This document shows, piece after piece, positions 41,370 to 50,725 of a stretch of 64,000 nt of DNA. Origin of the DNA: Alphaproteobacteria bacterium. GTDB lineage: Bacteria > Pseudomonadota > Alphaproteobacteria > UBA828. The stretch spans positions 384,001 to 448,000 of the forward strand of contig OZ243972.1 of NCBI GenBank assembly GCA_965214705.1, written 5' to 3'. The position numbers were made by a program, and so were the translations under genes. Every line of letters starts with the position of its first letter. Position 1 is the first letter of the stretch. A model generated the notes under the pieces. That model searched no databases. It was not told where the DNA came from and was given only the letters and a program-made list of their open reading frames with translations.

Positions 41370-43141
41370 TTGCCGTGAAACAGATTCCGGCGAGGCACGC
41401 GTGGTGACGGTCCAACCCGCGAGTTGTGCGGAGTTGGCTGAGATCGCCGGCGTCGGCGCGGCAGTGACGAGCGGTGGACTTCCCCGATGTGGCCCGAAGC
41501 CGGTCCCGCGTAGCCGACAGGCGTGATGCAGGCTGCTCAGGCGACCTTGAGTTCCGCGTCCACGGGCTCGATGTAGCCGTAGCGGCGGAGCATGCGGATC
41601 CACCGAGGGGCGTTGCGCTTGACCATCAGCGCGTCGTAGTCGGCCGTGCGGTCGTAGTAGGGCCTGCCGGTCTTGAGGACGACATAGATGATGCGCAGCA
41701 TCTTGTGTGCGCCGGCGACGATGGCGCGCTTGTAGCCGCGCCGGGCGGCGAGGGCGCGGTGGTGAGCCTCGAACTGGCACCCCTTGGTTCGGGCCGCGCC
41801 GTGGGCACACTCGACGAGGCAGGCGCGCAGGGTCTTGGAACCCATGCGGGTGCGCGCGTTGCGGCGCTTGCCGCCACTTTCGTTGTTGCCGGGGCAGAGG
41901 CCGGCCCAGGCGGCGAAGTGCTCCTTGGAGGCGAACGCCTCGATATCGGGGCCGATCTCGATCAGGATCGTGGACGCGGCGATGCGGTCGATGCCGGGGA
42001 TGGTGGTCAGCAGGCGGAGCTGCTCCTCCCACGGGGTCATCTGCCCGTCGATCTTCTTGGTGTAGGACGCGATGCGCGCCTCGAGTGCGTCGTGCTCCTC
42101 CAGAAGATCGTTGAGCATGAAGCGATCGTTGTCGCCCAGGCTCAGGGAGAGCGCCTCGCCGAGCCCCTCCAGCTTGTTCGCGACGTGGCGGGTGAGGGAG
42201 GCGAGGATGACCTCCCGCTCCGTGCCTTGAGCCAGGCCGTCGAGGATCTTGCGGCCGTTGACGCCGAAGACATCGGAGATGATGCCGCCGATGCGCGCAC
42301 CGGCACGGTCGATGATCTTCTGCACACGGTTGCGAACGGTGGAGCGCTGCCTGACCAGGACGCGGCGCTGGCGGCTCAGAGCGCGCAGCTCCCGGAACGG
42401 CTCAGGCGGAACATGGGACGGCGTGCAGAGCCCGAACTGGCACACACAGGCCAGCCACACGCTGTCGGCCACATCGGTCTTGCGCCCCTTCAACTGCTTC
42501 ACCTGGCGCGCGTGCACCAGGATCGCCTCGATCCCGGCCGCCTCCAGGGCCGCGAAGGGCGCCTGCCAGTAGACCCCGGTCCCCTCCATGACCGCAGCCT
42601 CGACGCCGTGAGCGGTCAGCCATGCGACCATCTCCTCCAGACCGCTCGGCAGCGTGCTGAAGCAGCGCGTCTCCACCACCGGCTCGCCCTCGCCCTCGCA
42701 GAGGCGAACCGTCGCGGTGATCTCCATCTTGTGCACGTCCAGACCCGCCGCGCGCGGCCGGACGACGTGCAAGCCTTCCGTCTTCATCGCCTTCCTCCTC
42801 ATTTGCGCTCTCGCCACGGCGGCGTACGATCACGCCGTGGCATCGCCACGGTGGAGGCGGGGACAGCGGTCGGAAGGACACGCATCCGCCGAGCGGGTGC
42901 GGTTCGATTTGCCGCGCGTCCACGGCCAAAGGCCGGGTACAATACGGGGTGCGGAGCCGACCGCCGGAAGCAGTTTTGTCATCGGGAACTACGTCACCGA
43001 TATAACGACGCTCACACGTCCCCGCCTCCGCCAACACCCATCCTGACACGGCAGAACCAGTGCAGGCGTGAGAAAAACGTCAGCCCAAGCGCCCCTGTTT
43101 CATGCCACGGGGTGGCTCAGAACCGCGGGGACCATGACTGT
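41370..43141 (-). mobile_element. IS110-family element
   Basis: Inserted at a TT core in the IS630 gene, no long TSD; non-coding ends of about 165 and 320 bp. Confidence 0.85.
41537..42817 (-). CDS. IS110-family DEDD recombinase
   Basis: [43 protein letters not shown]. Confidence 0.95.
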   Translation of the reverse strand: MARAQMRRKAMKTEGLHVVRPRAAGLDVHKMEITATVRLCEGEGEPVVETRCFSTLPSGLEEMVAWLTAHGVEAAVMEGTGVYWQAPFAALEAAGIEAILVHARQVKQLKGRKTDVADSVWLACVCQFGLCTPSHVPPEPFRELRALSRQRRVLVRQRSTVRNRVQKIIDRAGARIGGIISDVFGVNGRKILDGLAQGTEREVILASLTRHVANKLEGLGEALSLSLGDNDRFMLNDLLEEHDALEARIASYTKKIDGQMTPWEEQLRLLTTIPGIDRIAASTILIEIGPDIEAFASKEHFAAWAGLCPGNNESGGKRRNARTRMGSKTLRACLVECAHGAARTKGCQFEAHHRALAARRGYKRAIVAGAHKMLRIIYVVLKTGRPYYDRTADYDALMVKRNAPRWIRMLRRYGYIEPVDAELKVA

Positions 43142-43911
43142 TTTGTCGAGAAGGTTCGGGACTTGACCGGTCTGTACCTGAACCCGCCGGACCACGCGCT
43201 GGTGCTGTGCGTCGATGAAAAGAGCCAGATCCAGGCCCTCGACCGCACCCAGCCCACGCTGCCCATGGGGCTGGGCTACGTCGAGGGCTACACCCATGAT
43301 TACGTCCGTCACGGAACCACGACGCTGTTCGCCGCGCTGGATGTGGCGACCGGCAAGGTGATCGGTAAACGCAGCAAACGCCACCGTCATCAGGAGTTCC
43401 TCGCCTTCCTGCGGATCATCGACCGGGAAACGCCGCCCGAACTCGACATCCACCTTGTCCTGGACAACTATGCCACCCACAAGCATCCCAAGGTCTGCGC
43501 TTGGCTGGCCAAGCGACCTCGCTACCATCTTCACTTCACGCCCACCTCCGCCTCCTGGCTCAACCAAGTGGAACGCTGGCTCGGCCTGATCGGCCAACGC
43601 GCCATCAAGCGCGGCTCGTTCCACAGCGTCCCCCAGTTGGTCGAGACCATCGAGACCTTCATCGCCAGCTACAACCAATCCGCAGCCCCTTTCGTGTGGG
43701 TCGCAACGGCCGAGTCGATCTTCGAGAAACTCCAACGCCTATCCACGCGTATTTGCGGGACAGCACACTAGCTGCACGTTCAGCCCCGCCGAGATCACGT
43801 GGTCGTTGATGGACACGTCCCGGCTCTCCGCGACCTCGCGGATCCGCTCCCACTCCGATTCCAGGCACGAGATCGCAATCCGCGCCCGGGGCGTCGCGGG
43901 CTGCTCCGCCA

Positions 43912-44232
43912 TCACGGGCCGCTCCGGCGCGACTGGATCGCGCGCTGCATGAAGGCGATCGCGCCGAACACGGAAAGGTCGGTGCCCGACAGCGACTCCC
44001 CCAGCGCGCGGCGCACCCGGTCCATCGCCTCCACCCGCTCGTACAGGGTCCGCTGCCGGTCTTCCGACAGCACCAGCCGCGGCTCGTCCCGGCGTGGCCC
44101 ACCCGCATCCTCGTGCAGCGCGCAGGCGACCAGGTATCCCGAGACCGGCATGCCGAGCGCGGTCGCGCGTTCCCTGATCTCGGCCCTCTCCGCCCGGCTG
44201 CAACGCAGCGTGCGGCGCACCACGTTCCCCAT
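43912..44232 (-). CDS. RHH/MobC-like small protein (paralog 2)
   Basis: TLRCSRAERAEIRERATALGMPVSGYLVACAL fits the MobC/RHH pattern. Confidence 0.72.
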   Translation of the reverse strand: MGNVVRRTLRCSRAERAEIRERATALGMPVSGYLVACALHEDAGGPRRDEPRLVLSEDRQRTLYERVEAMDRVRRALGESLSGTDLSVFGAIAFMQRAIQSRRSGP

Positions 44233-44273
44233 CGCTCAGGGCTGCGGCACGGGGCCGCCCTCGGGATCGGCGC

Positions 44274-44618
44274 TCACCGAGACCGCGCGCAGCGTTCGGC
44301 AGTACCTGGATCGGTCAGCCGGTCGAGCTCCGCCTCCCGGTCGAGCCACGCATCGACGGCATCGCCGAGCGCCTTCCAGTGCTCCTCCAGCCCCATGTCA
44401 GCCATGCGCCGTTCCTCGATCTCCGCGAGCAGCAGAAGCTCGCGCACCGCGCGGCGCAGAACGGTATCGGGCAGCGGGTCTGCCACGGTCGCCCTGTGCA
44501 CGATGTAGCGCGAGAGATCCATGCCTGCGTCGGCCGCGAGTTCGCGGATGCGTGCCCATTCGCTCGCGGTCGCCATCACCGCGTGCTGTGTGCGGCGCTC
44601 CGCCGGCCTGCGCCTCAT
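44274..44618 (-). CDS. RHH/MobC-like small protein (paralog 1)
   Basis: VMATASEWARIRELAADAGMDLSRYIVHRA; C-terminus shortened by a small deletion relative to 45708-46091. Confidence 0.72.
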   Translation of the reverse strand: MRRRPAERRTQHAVMATASEWARIRELAADAGMDLSRYIVHRATVADPLPDTVLRRAVRELLLLAEIEERRMADMGLEEHWKALGDAVDAWLDREAELDRLTDPGTAERCARSR

Positions 44619-45707
44619 GAGAGCGCCCCGGAGGCAGTGCGACAAGGCGTGACGCGCCTCGTCCGGCCCGCATTCCGGCCACAATCACCTATATTTCTCC
44701 ATATAATGTCGATGACACGCTGCCATCCCGATACGCCGCGAGCCGCCATCGCCTTGTCGCCTCTATACAAGCATGTTTCCACCGCAACTCCTTCGCAACG
44801 ACAGATCCGATCCATCAGACATACGGCTTTACTTCCCAGATTGCAACTGAGGCCCAGCGTCTCGAATTTTTATGTCAGACAAGAACCGCCACATTTTACT
44901 TGCGCCATCCCACAACCATCTGTAACATAACACATAACTGAGAGACAAAGCGACCCGCCCAAACGACTGAATCACTCCACCAAAATCAGTTAAGGACTCA
45001 CACCGAGCCGGCCGAGCTAGGTCGAGACGCGGCAAACAGGCGTCTTGGATGCGCGCCGCTGCCACCGGGCTCGGCACGGGCTCCTGTGTCTGAATAGCCC
45101 GGCCACGGCTTGGAGTTGTCCGCAACCAACAAGAACTTTGGCTGGACGCCGCTTCTCTGAGCGATGTGATCCAAGAGCCCACCTGAGTCGAAACGGTCGT
45201 AGTTGCCGCCGAATCCGTGATCCTGAATCACCGCGAGAAACGGCGGTGGAGTGCCATCGTCCTGGCAGTACAGTGCGTCGTAGCTCGCAATACCGTCACC
45301 GCCGATGAACAGGATCGCAAGGTGTGAGTCCTTAACTGATTTTGCTGGAGTGATTCAGTCGTTTGTGTGGGTCGCTTTGTCTCTCCGTTATGTGTTATGT
45401 AACAGATGGTTGTGGGATAGCGCAAGTAAAATGTGGCGGTTCTGGTCTGATATAAAAATTCGGGGCATTGGGGGCCCAGTTGCAATCTGGGAAGTGAAGC
45501 CGTATGTCTGATGGACCGGATCTGTCGTGGCGGAGGGAATGCGGTGAAAACATGTTTCGATCGAGTACATAAGGCGGTGGCAGGCTTCGACGTATTTGGA
45601 AGGCATTGTGTGATCTGTATTATATGGAAATATGCAGGTACTGAAAGCCGAAATAGGGGCTTGGCGAGGCGCGTCACCCCGTGTTGCACTGTCATCGGGG
45701 CACCCTC

Positions 45708-46091
45708 ATGAGCCAACGGCCGGCGGAGCGCCGCGCACAGCACGCGGTGATGGCGACGGCAAGCGAATGGGCGCGCATTCGCGAACTCGCTGCCGACGCG
45801 GGCATGGATCTCTCGCGCTACATCGTGCACAGGGCGACCGTGCCGGACCCGCTGCCGGATAGCGTTCCGCGCCGCGCGGTGCGCGAGCTTCTGCTGCTCG
45901 CGAAGATCGAGCAGCAGCGCATGGCCGACATGGGCCTGGAGGAGCGCTGGAAGGCGCTCGGCGATGCCGTCGATGCATGGCTCGACCGGGAGGCTGAGCT
46001 CGACCGGCTGACCGATCCGGGCGCCGCCGAACGCTGGCACGCGGTCTCGGTGAGCGCCGATCCCGAGGGCGGCCCCGCGCCGCAGCCCTGA
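45708..46091 (+). CDS. RHH/MobC-like small protein, second copy of paralog 1
   Basis: Near-identical to 44274-44618; followed by a paralog 2 fragment cut by IS3. Confidence 0.72.
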   Translation: MSQRPAERRAQHAVMATASEWARIRELAADAGMDLSRYIVHRATVPDPLPDSVPRRAVRELLLLAKIEQQRMADMGLEERWKALGDAVDAWLDREAELDRLTDPGAAERWHAVSVSADPEGGPAPQP

Positions 46092-47036
46092 GCGATGGCG
46101 AGCGTGGTGCGCTGCAGCCGGGCGGAGAGGGCCGAGATCAGGGAACGCGCGAAGGCGCCCGGCATGCCGGTCTGGGGATACCTGGTCGCCTGCGCGCTGC
46201 ACGATGAGGTGGCCCCGGAAAATCGGACAGGTCGTTAAGGTGTATTCCACCGTCTGACGGAGGAATGCAGATGAGCGGCAAGCGACGCAGGTTTTCGGGG
46301 GAGCAGAAGGCGAAGATCGCGCTTGATGCGCTACGGGGCGATCGGACGCTCCAAGAGATCGCCTCGCGTCACCAGGTGCATCCGAACCAGGTCGGCGCCT
46401 GGAAGCGCCAGGCGATCGAGGGACTGGCGGAGGTTTTCTCGAACGGAGGCGAGCGCCGGGCGCGGGATCATGAGAGCGAGGTCCGCGAACTCCATGCCAA
46501 GATTGGGGAGTTGATCGTAGAGCGGGATTTTTTGTCTCGCGGGTCCGGTCGATGAGCCGGGCCGAGCGTCGGGCGATGGTGGTGCGCGACCATCCGTCGT
46601 TGAGCCTGAGCCGGCAATGCCGGCTGCTGTCGATCGGGCGCTCGTCGCTCTATTACGAGCCGAAGGGGGAGAGCGCGGAGACGCTGGCGCTGATGCGTCG
46701 GATCGACGAGCTGTTTCTGAAGTATCCGTTCTACGGCGCCCGCCAGATGGTTCGGCATCTGCGCCGCGAGGGGGTGCGGATCGGGCGGCGCCGGGCCGCT
46801 CGGCTGATGCGCCTGCTGGATCTTGAGGCGGTCTATCGGGCGCCGCGCACCAGCGATCCGCACCCCGAGCACCGGGTGTGGCCCTATCTTCTCAAGGGCT
46901 TGCGGATCGAGCGGGCGAACCACGTCTGGTGCGCCGACATCACCTACATCCCGGTGCGCCGCGGCTTCCTCTACCTGGTGGCGATCATGGACTGGGCAAG
47001 CCGCCACGTCCTGGCCTGGCGGCTGTCGAACACGCT

Positions 47037-47926
47037 TGAGCGCACGCACAATGATCGATGATGTCGCTTTCAGATTATTTGATGGTCGTGCTGCGGTACT
47101 TGGCTGATCCGCGACTGCCGTGGGCGCCTGGGGCGGTTCAGCACGGCCGGAGCAGCATCTCGATCCAGGGCAGGACTGCGGCGCACGACCCCAGCGTTAC
47201 CCGTTACCGTTACCGTCGCTCCGTAGGGGTTGGAGGCGGTAACGGTTTTCGGTAACGGCCCCTCATCGCGTGCCGTTGGTGGTGGCGGCTTTGCGGAAAG
47301 TGCTACTTGGAAAGGAATGCTCGCTCGGTGTGTCGTTCCCGTTCCCGTTCCCTTCAACGCTTAAGCGTTTGCCCCGGGAACGGGCTCTGGAACATTTACT
47401 CAACTGGTTGGCATTGATGCTGTTGGCCCTGGTGGGGCTGCGGGCAGCTCTGGAGACCCGTATGGGGGTCTGCGCGGCTGAGCCTTTGGCGGCCGTCGGG
47501 AACGGCTGCGACCGCAGATTCGGCGCCGAAAGAGCGCATTTGCAGCCTCATGAGGGGAAGTGCGTTCACGGTAATTGCTGGGAATCGGGGCACAAAGAGG
47601 CGGGAACGAGAGGTTTTATTGTTCTACATCAGTCCACTACCGAAGAATTTCATGAATCTAAGCGTCACGATACGTGAGGGATTCCTCCCAGGAAATGCCT
47701 GTCCATCGACGACCGCGAACGCGACATCGCGTTCACAATCGGCTCCAGTTGCGGAGTCACGCACCTGCTTATGCAGAAAACCCCTTGTCGGGCTGCTCAC
47801 GCCGCTCAACAGCAGCTTTCAGTAGGGCCGCATATGCTCGCAGTGATTGAGGGAGATAAAACACTTTCCATCAAGTAATTTGAGCGGATTCGACCGAAAT
47901 TCCATCGATTATTGTGCGCCCTCTCA
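47037..47926. mobile_element. 890-bp non-autonomous TG...CA element, copy 1
   Basis: Imperfect 24-bp TIR TGAGCGCACGCACAATGATCGATG / CATCGATTATTGTGCGCCCTCTCA; 6-bp TSD CACGCT; removal restores IS3 orfB. Confidence 0.93.
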
Positions 47927-48061
47927 CACGCTGGATGCGGGCTTCTGTGTCGAGGCGCTCGAGGAGGCCCTGGAGCGCTATGGCTCGCCGGAGATCTTCA
48001 ACACCGATCAGGGCAGCCAGTTCACCGGCTTCGCCTTCACCGGGTGCCTGCAGGCGGCCGG

Positions 48062-48952
48062 TGAGCGCACGCACAATGATCGATGATGTCGCTTTTCAGA
48101 TTATTTGATGGTCGTGCTGCGGTACTTGGCTGATCCGCGACTGCCGTGGGCGCCTGGGGCGGTTCAGCACGGCCGGAGCAGCATCTCGATCCAGGGCAGG
48201 ACTGCGGCGCACGACCCCAGCGTTACCCGTTACCGTTACCGTCGCTCCGTAGGGGTTGGAGGCGGTAACGGTTTTCGGTAACGGCCCCTCATCGCGTGCC
48301 GTTGGTGGTGGCGGCTTTGCGGAAAGTGCTACTTGGAAAGGAATGCTCGCTCGGTGTGTCGTTCCCGTTCCCGTTCCCTTCAACGCTTAAGCGTTTGCCC
48401 CGGGAACGGGCTCTGGAACATTTACTCAACTGGTTGGCATTGATGCTGTTGGCCCTGGTGGGGCTGCGGGCAGCTCTGGAGACCCGTATGGGGGTCTGCG
48501 CGGCTGAGCCTTTGGCGGCCGTCGGGAACGGCTGCGACCGCAGATTCGGCGCCGAAAGAGCGCATTTGCAGCCTCATGAGGGGAAGTGCGTTCACGGTAA
48601 TTGCTGGGAATCGGGGCACAAAGAGGCGGGAACGAGAGGTTTTATTGTTCTACATCAGTCCACTACCGAAGAATTTCATGAATCTAAGCGTCACGATACG
48701 TGAGGGATTCCTCCCAGGAAATGCCTGTCCATCGACGACCGCGAACGCGACATCGCGTTCACAATCGGCTCCAGTTGCGGAGTCACGCACCTGCTTATGC
48801 AGAAAACCCCTTGTCGGGCTGCTCACGCCGCTCAACAGCAGCTTTCAGTAGGGCCGCATATGCTCGCAGTGATTGAGGGAGATAAAACACTTTCCATCAA
48901 GTAATTTGAGCGGATTCGACCGAAATTCCATCGATTATTGTGCGCCCTCTCA
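48062..48952. mobile_element. 891-bp non-autonomous TG...CA element, copy 2
   Basis: Matches copy 1 apart from one extra T that I could see; different 5-bp TSD GCCGG. Confidence 0.93.
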
Positions 48953-49291
48953 GCCGGCATCCGCATCTCGATGGACGGCCGGGGCCGGTGCATGGACAAC
49001 ATCTTCATCGAGCGGCTGTGGCGCTCGCTCAAGTACGAGGCGGTCTACCTCCACGAGATCGCCGACGGCTTCACCGCCCGGCGCGTCATCGCCGAGTGGA
49101 TCGGCTTCTACAACACCGAGAGGCCTCACTCGGCGCTCGGCGGGCGGACGCCGGCCGAGGCCTACCGGGACGGTGCGCCTGTGGATATGATGGACAAGCC
49201 GCTACGCGCCTTGCCCACAGATCCACAGGCGCAACAGCAGCAACGGGAAGATCGATTCAAGGGGATTCTGGCGGCCTGAGGAACAACCGGA

Positions 49292-49458
49292 AAGGCTTAT
49301 CCCCTTACATCCGGCTTCTCCATATGTGGGGTGCCGGATCGCTGGGCACTTTACGGGCAACCCGTTGAGACACGGAAGGAACTGCGACCGTGTCGGATAC
49401 CGCCGCCGAGGTGATCGGTACAACATGTTGGGGAACCGGAGCCAGAGGGATAAGCCTT
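49292..49458. mobile_element. 167-bp IS1595-derived MITE, copy 2 (intact)
   Basis: TIR AAGGCTTATCCC / GGGATAAGCCTT; 8-bp TSD CAACCGGA at 49284-49291 and 49459-49466. Confidence 0.92.
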
Positions 49459-49597
49459 CAACCGGAATACACCTTAACACGCACCTGCGGTGCTAACTAT
49501 CTGAACAAGGGTTGTTTTTTCTCCCCCACATTGTTGCATCCGGACGGATCCGTCAACTCCCGGTTCCCTGGCTGCAACCGAAACTGGAAGAGGGGAG

Positions 49598-50722
49598 ATG
49601 CCTAGAACCCACCTTACCGACGCCCGCGTCCGCGCCTTCAAGCCCCGCAAGACCGCATACGACATTCGCGACGGCAAGCTAAGGGGGTTCGGCCTCCGGG
49701 TATTGCCCTCGGGCGCCAAGCGCTTCTTCGTCCACTGCCAGCATCGCGGCGAGCGCGTCTGGAAGATCATGGGCGACGACGCCACCATGGATGTCCGCGA
49801 GGCGCGATCGCGCGCCGTGACCGTCCTCGCCGCGGTCCGCCTGGGGGAGAACCCGCCACCCGATCCTGCCGAGACCCTCTTCGAGGCCGTCGCCGAAACC
49901 GTGTTCGAGCGCCGCAGCCGGGTCTGGAAGGCGGGAACGCTGGCGGTGAACCGGGCCTACCTGCGAAGCCAGATCCTGCCGCACTTCGCGGGACGGCAGA
50001 TCGCCGACATCGACAGCCGGGACGTCGCCAACTGGTTCGCCTCGCTGCGCGCCACCCCGGTCGCCGCAGACCGGTCGATGCCGGTGCTCTCCGTCATCAT
50101 GCGCGAGGCCGAGGCAATGGGCTTCCGTCCCGAAGGCTCGAACCCGTGCAAGGGCATCCGGCGCTGCCGCCGTGAGGGGCGGGAGCGCTTCCTCTCGGAC
50201 GATGAGATCCGCCGCTTGTCGGCGGCACTCACGGCCCATGAGGGGCTGCATCCGGAGCAGGTGGCGGTCGTGCGCCTCCTCCTGCTGACCGGATGCCGGA
50301 AGGGCGAAATCCTGACGCTGCGCTGGTCCGACTACCGAGAGGGGCGCCTGTTCCTCCGCGATTCGAAGACGGGCCCCCGAACCGTCTGGCTGTCCGAGCC
50401 GGCCAGGAACATTCTCGACGCCCTGGAGCGAAAGGGCCGCTGGGTGTTCCCCTCGTGCCGGACGGCAGGCCCGCAGGGCAACAACTGGCTGGACCGGTTC
50501 TGGTGGAAGCTCCGCGCCGAGGCGGAGCTGGACGACGTTCGTCTCCACGACCTCCGCCATACCCATGCCAGCATCGCCCTGCGCGAGGGAGAGACCGTGC
50601 TCGCGATCGGTCGGCTGCTCGGCCATGCCAACCCGGAGACGACCCTCAAGTACACGCACCTCAGCGACGTCATGACGATGGAAGGCGCCGAGACCGTCGG
50701 CGCCGTGCTGGAAGGAAACTGA
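49598..50722 (+). CDS. Tyrosine recombinase gene A of pair 2
   Basis: Colinear homolog of 57-1178 with all catalytic motifs; upstream sequence also similar. Confidence 0.92.
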   Translation: MPRTHLTDARVRAFKPRKTAYDIRDGKLRGFGLRVLPSGAKRFFVHCQHRGERVWKIMGDDATMDVREARSRAVTVLAAVRLGENPPPDPAETLFEAVAETVFERRSRVWKAGTLAVNRAYLRSQILPHFAGRQIADIDSRDVANWFASLRATPVAADRSMPVLSVIMREAEAMGFRPEGSNPCKGIRRCRREGRERFLSDDEIRRLSAALTAHEGLHPEQVAVVRLLLLTGCRKGEILTLRWSDYREGRLFLRDSKTGPRTVWLSEPARNILDALERKGRWVFPSCRTAGPQGNNWLDRFWWKLRAEAELDDVRLHDLRHTHASIALREGETVLAIGRLLGHANPETTLKYTHLSDVMTMEGAETVGAVLEGN

Positions 50723-50725
50723 TCG

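Larger units (their letters stand above)
40847..43771 (+). mobile_element. IS630-family element 2 (transposase 40911-41369 plus 43142-43771), interrupted by IS110
   Basis: Ends CTAGTGTCGTGTCCCACAGATACGCGT / ACGCGTATTTGCGGGACAGCACACTAG; shares the CTAG at 40847-40850 with element 1; SDPF|FVEKVRD rejoins. Confidence 0.92.
36395..43912 (-). pseudogene. Third RHH/MobC-like paralog, split at a CTAG by two tandem IS630 elements
   Basis: 43912-43768 (MAEQPATPRARIAISCLESEWERIRE...NVQL) joins in frame with 36694-36395 (DPAQANAPALALSEAEQRRLL...). Confidence 0.78.
44111..46204. repeat. Diverged inverted repeat with arms of about 890 bp (44111-45004 and 45321-46204)
   Basis: Both arms begin GGTGTGAGTCCTTAACTGATTTTG and run through about 385 bp of non-coding DNA into the RHH genes; 316-bp unrelated spacer. 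Confidence 0.92.
46205..49477 (+). mobile_element. IS3-family element, orfB interrupted twice, right end degraded
   Basis: Left end TGAGGTGGCCCCGGAAAATCGGACA; orfA 46265-46555; orfB pieces 46552-47036, 47933-48061, 48958-49279 (WCADITY, NTDQGSQFT, DNIFIERLWRSLKYE); GTTAAGGTGTATTCC / GGAATACACCTTAAC sub-terminal match. Confidence 0.88.

Noticed and set aside
41474-43771. 765-aa ORF as a large IS630 transposase
   Set aside because: Only the part from about 43142 is IS630; the rest is antisense to IS110.
44998-45231. 77-aa ORF in the inverted-repeat spacer
   Set aside because: Looks like a gene fragment but could not be assigned to a family.
47070-47825. Short ORFs inside the 890-bp element
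   Set aside because: No recognisable motifs or codon bias; their duplication only reflects the DNA copy.
47037-48952. Simple tandem duplication or collapsed repeat
   Set aside because: Each copy has its own TSD and unique IS3 coding sequence lies between them.
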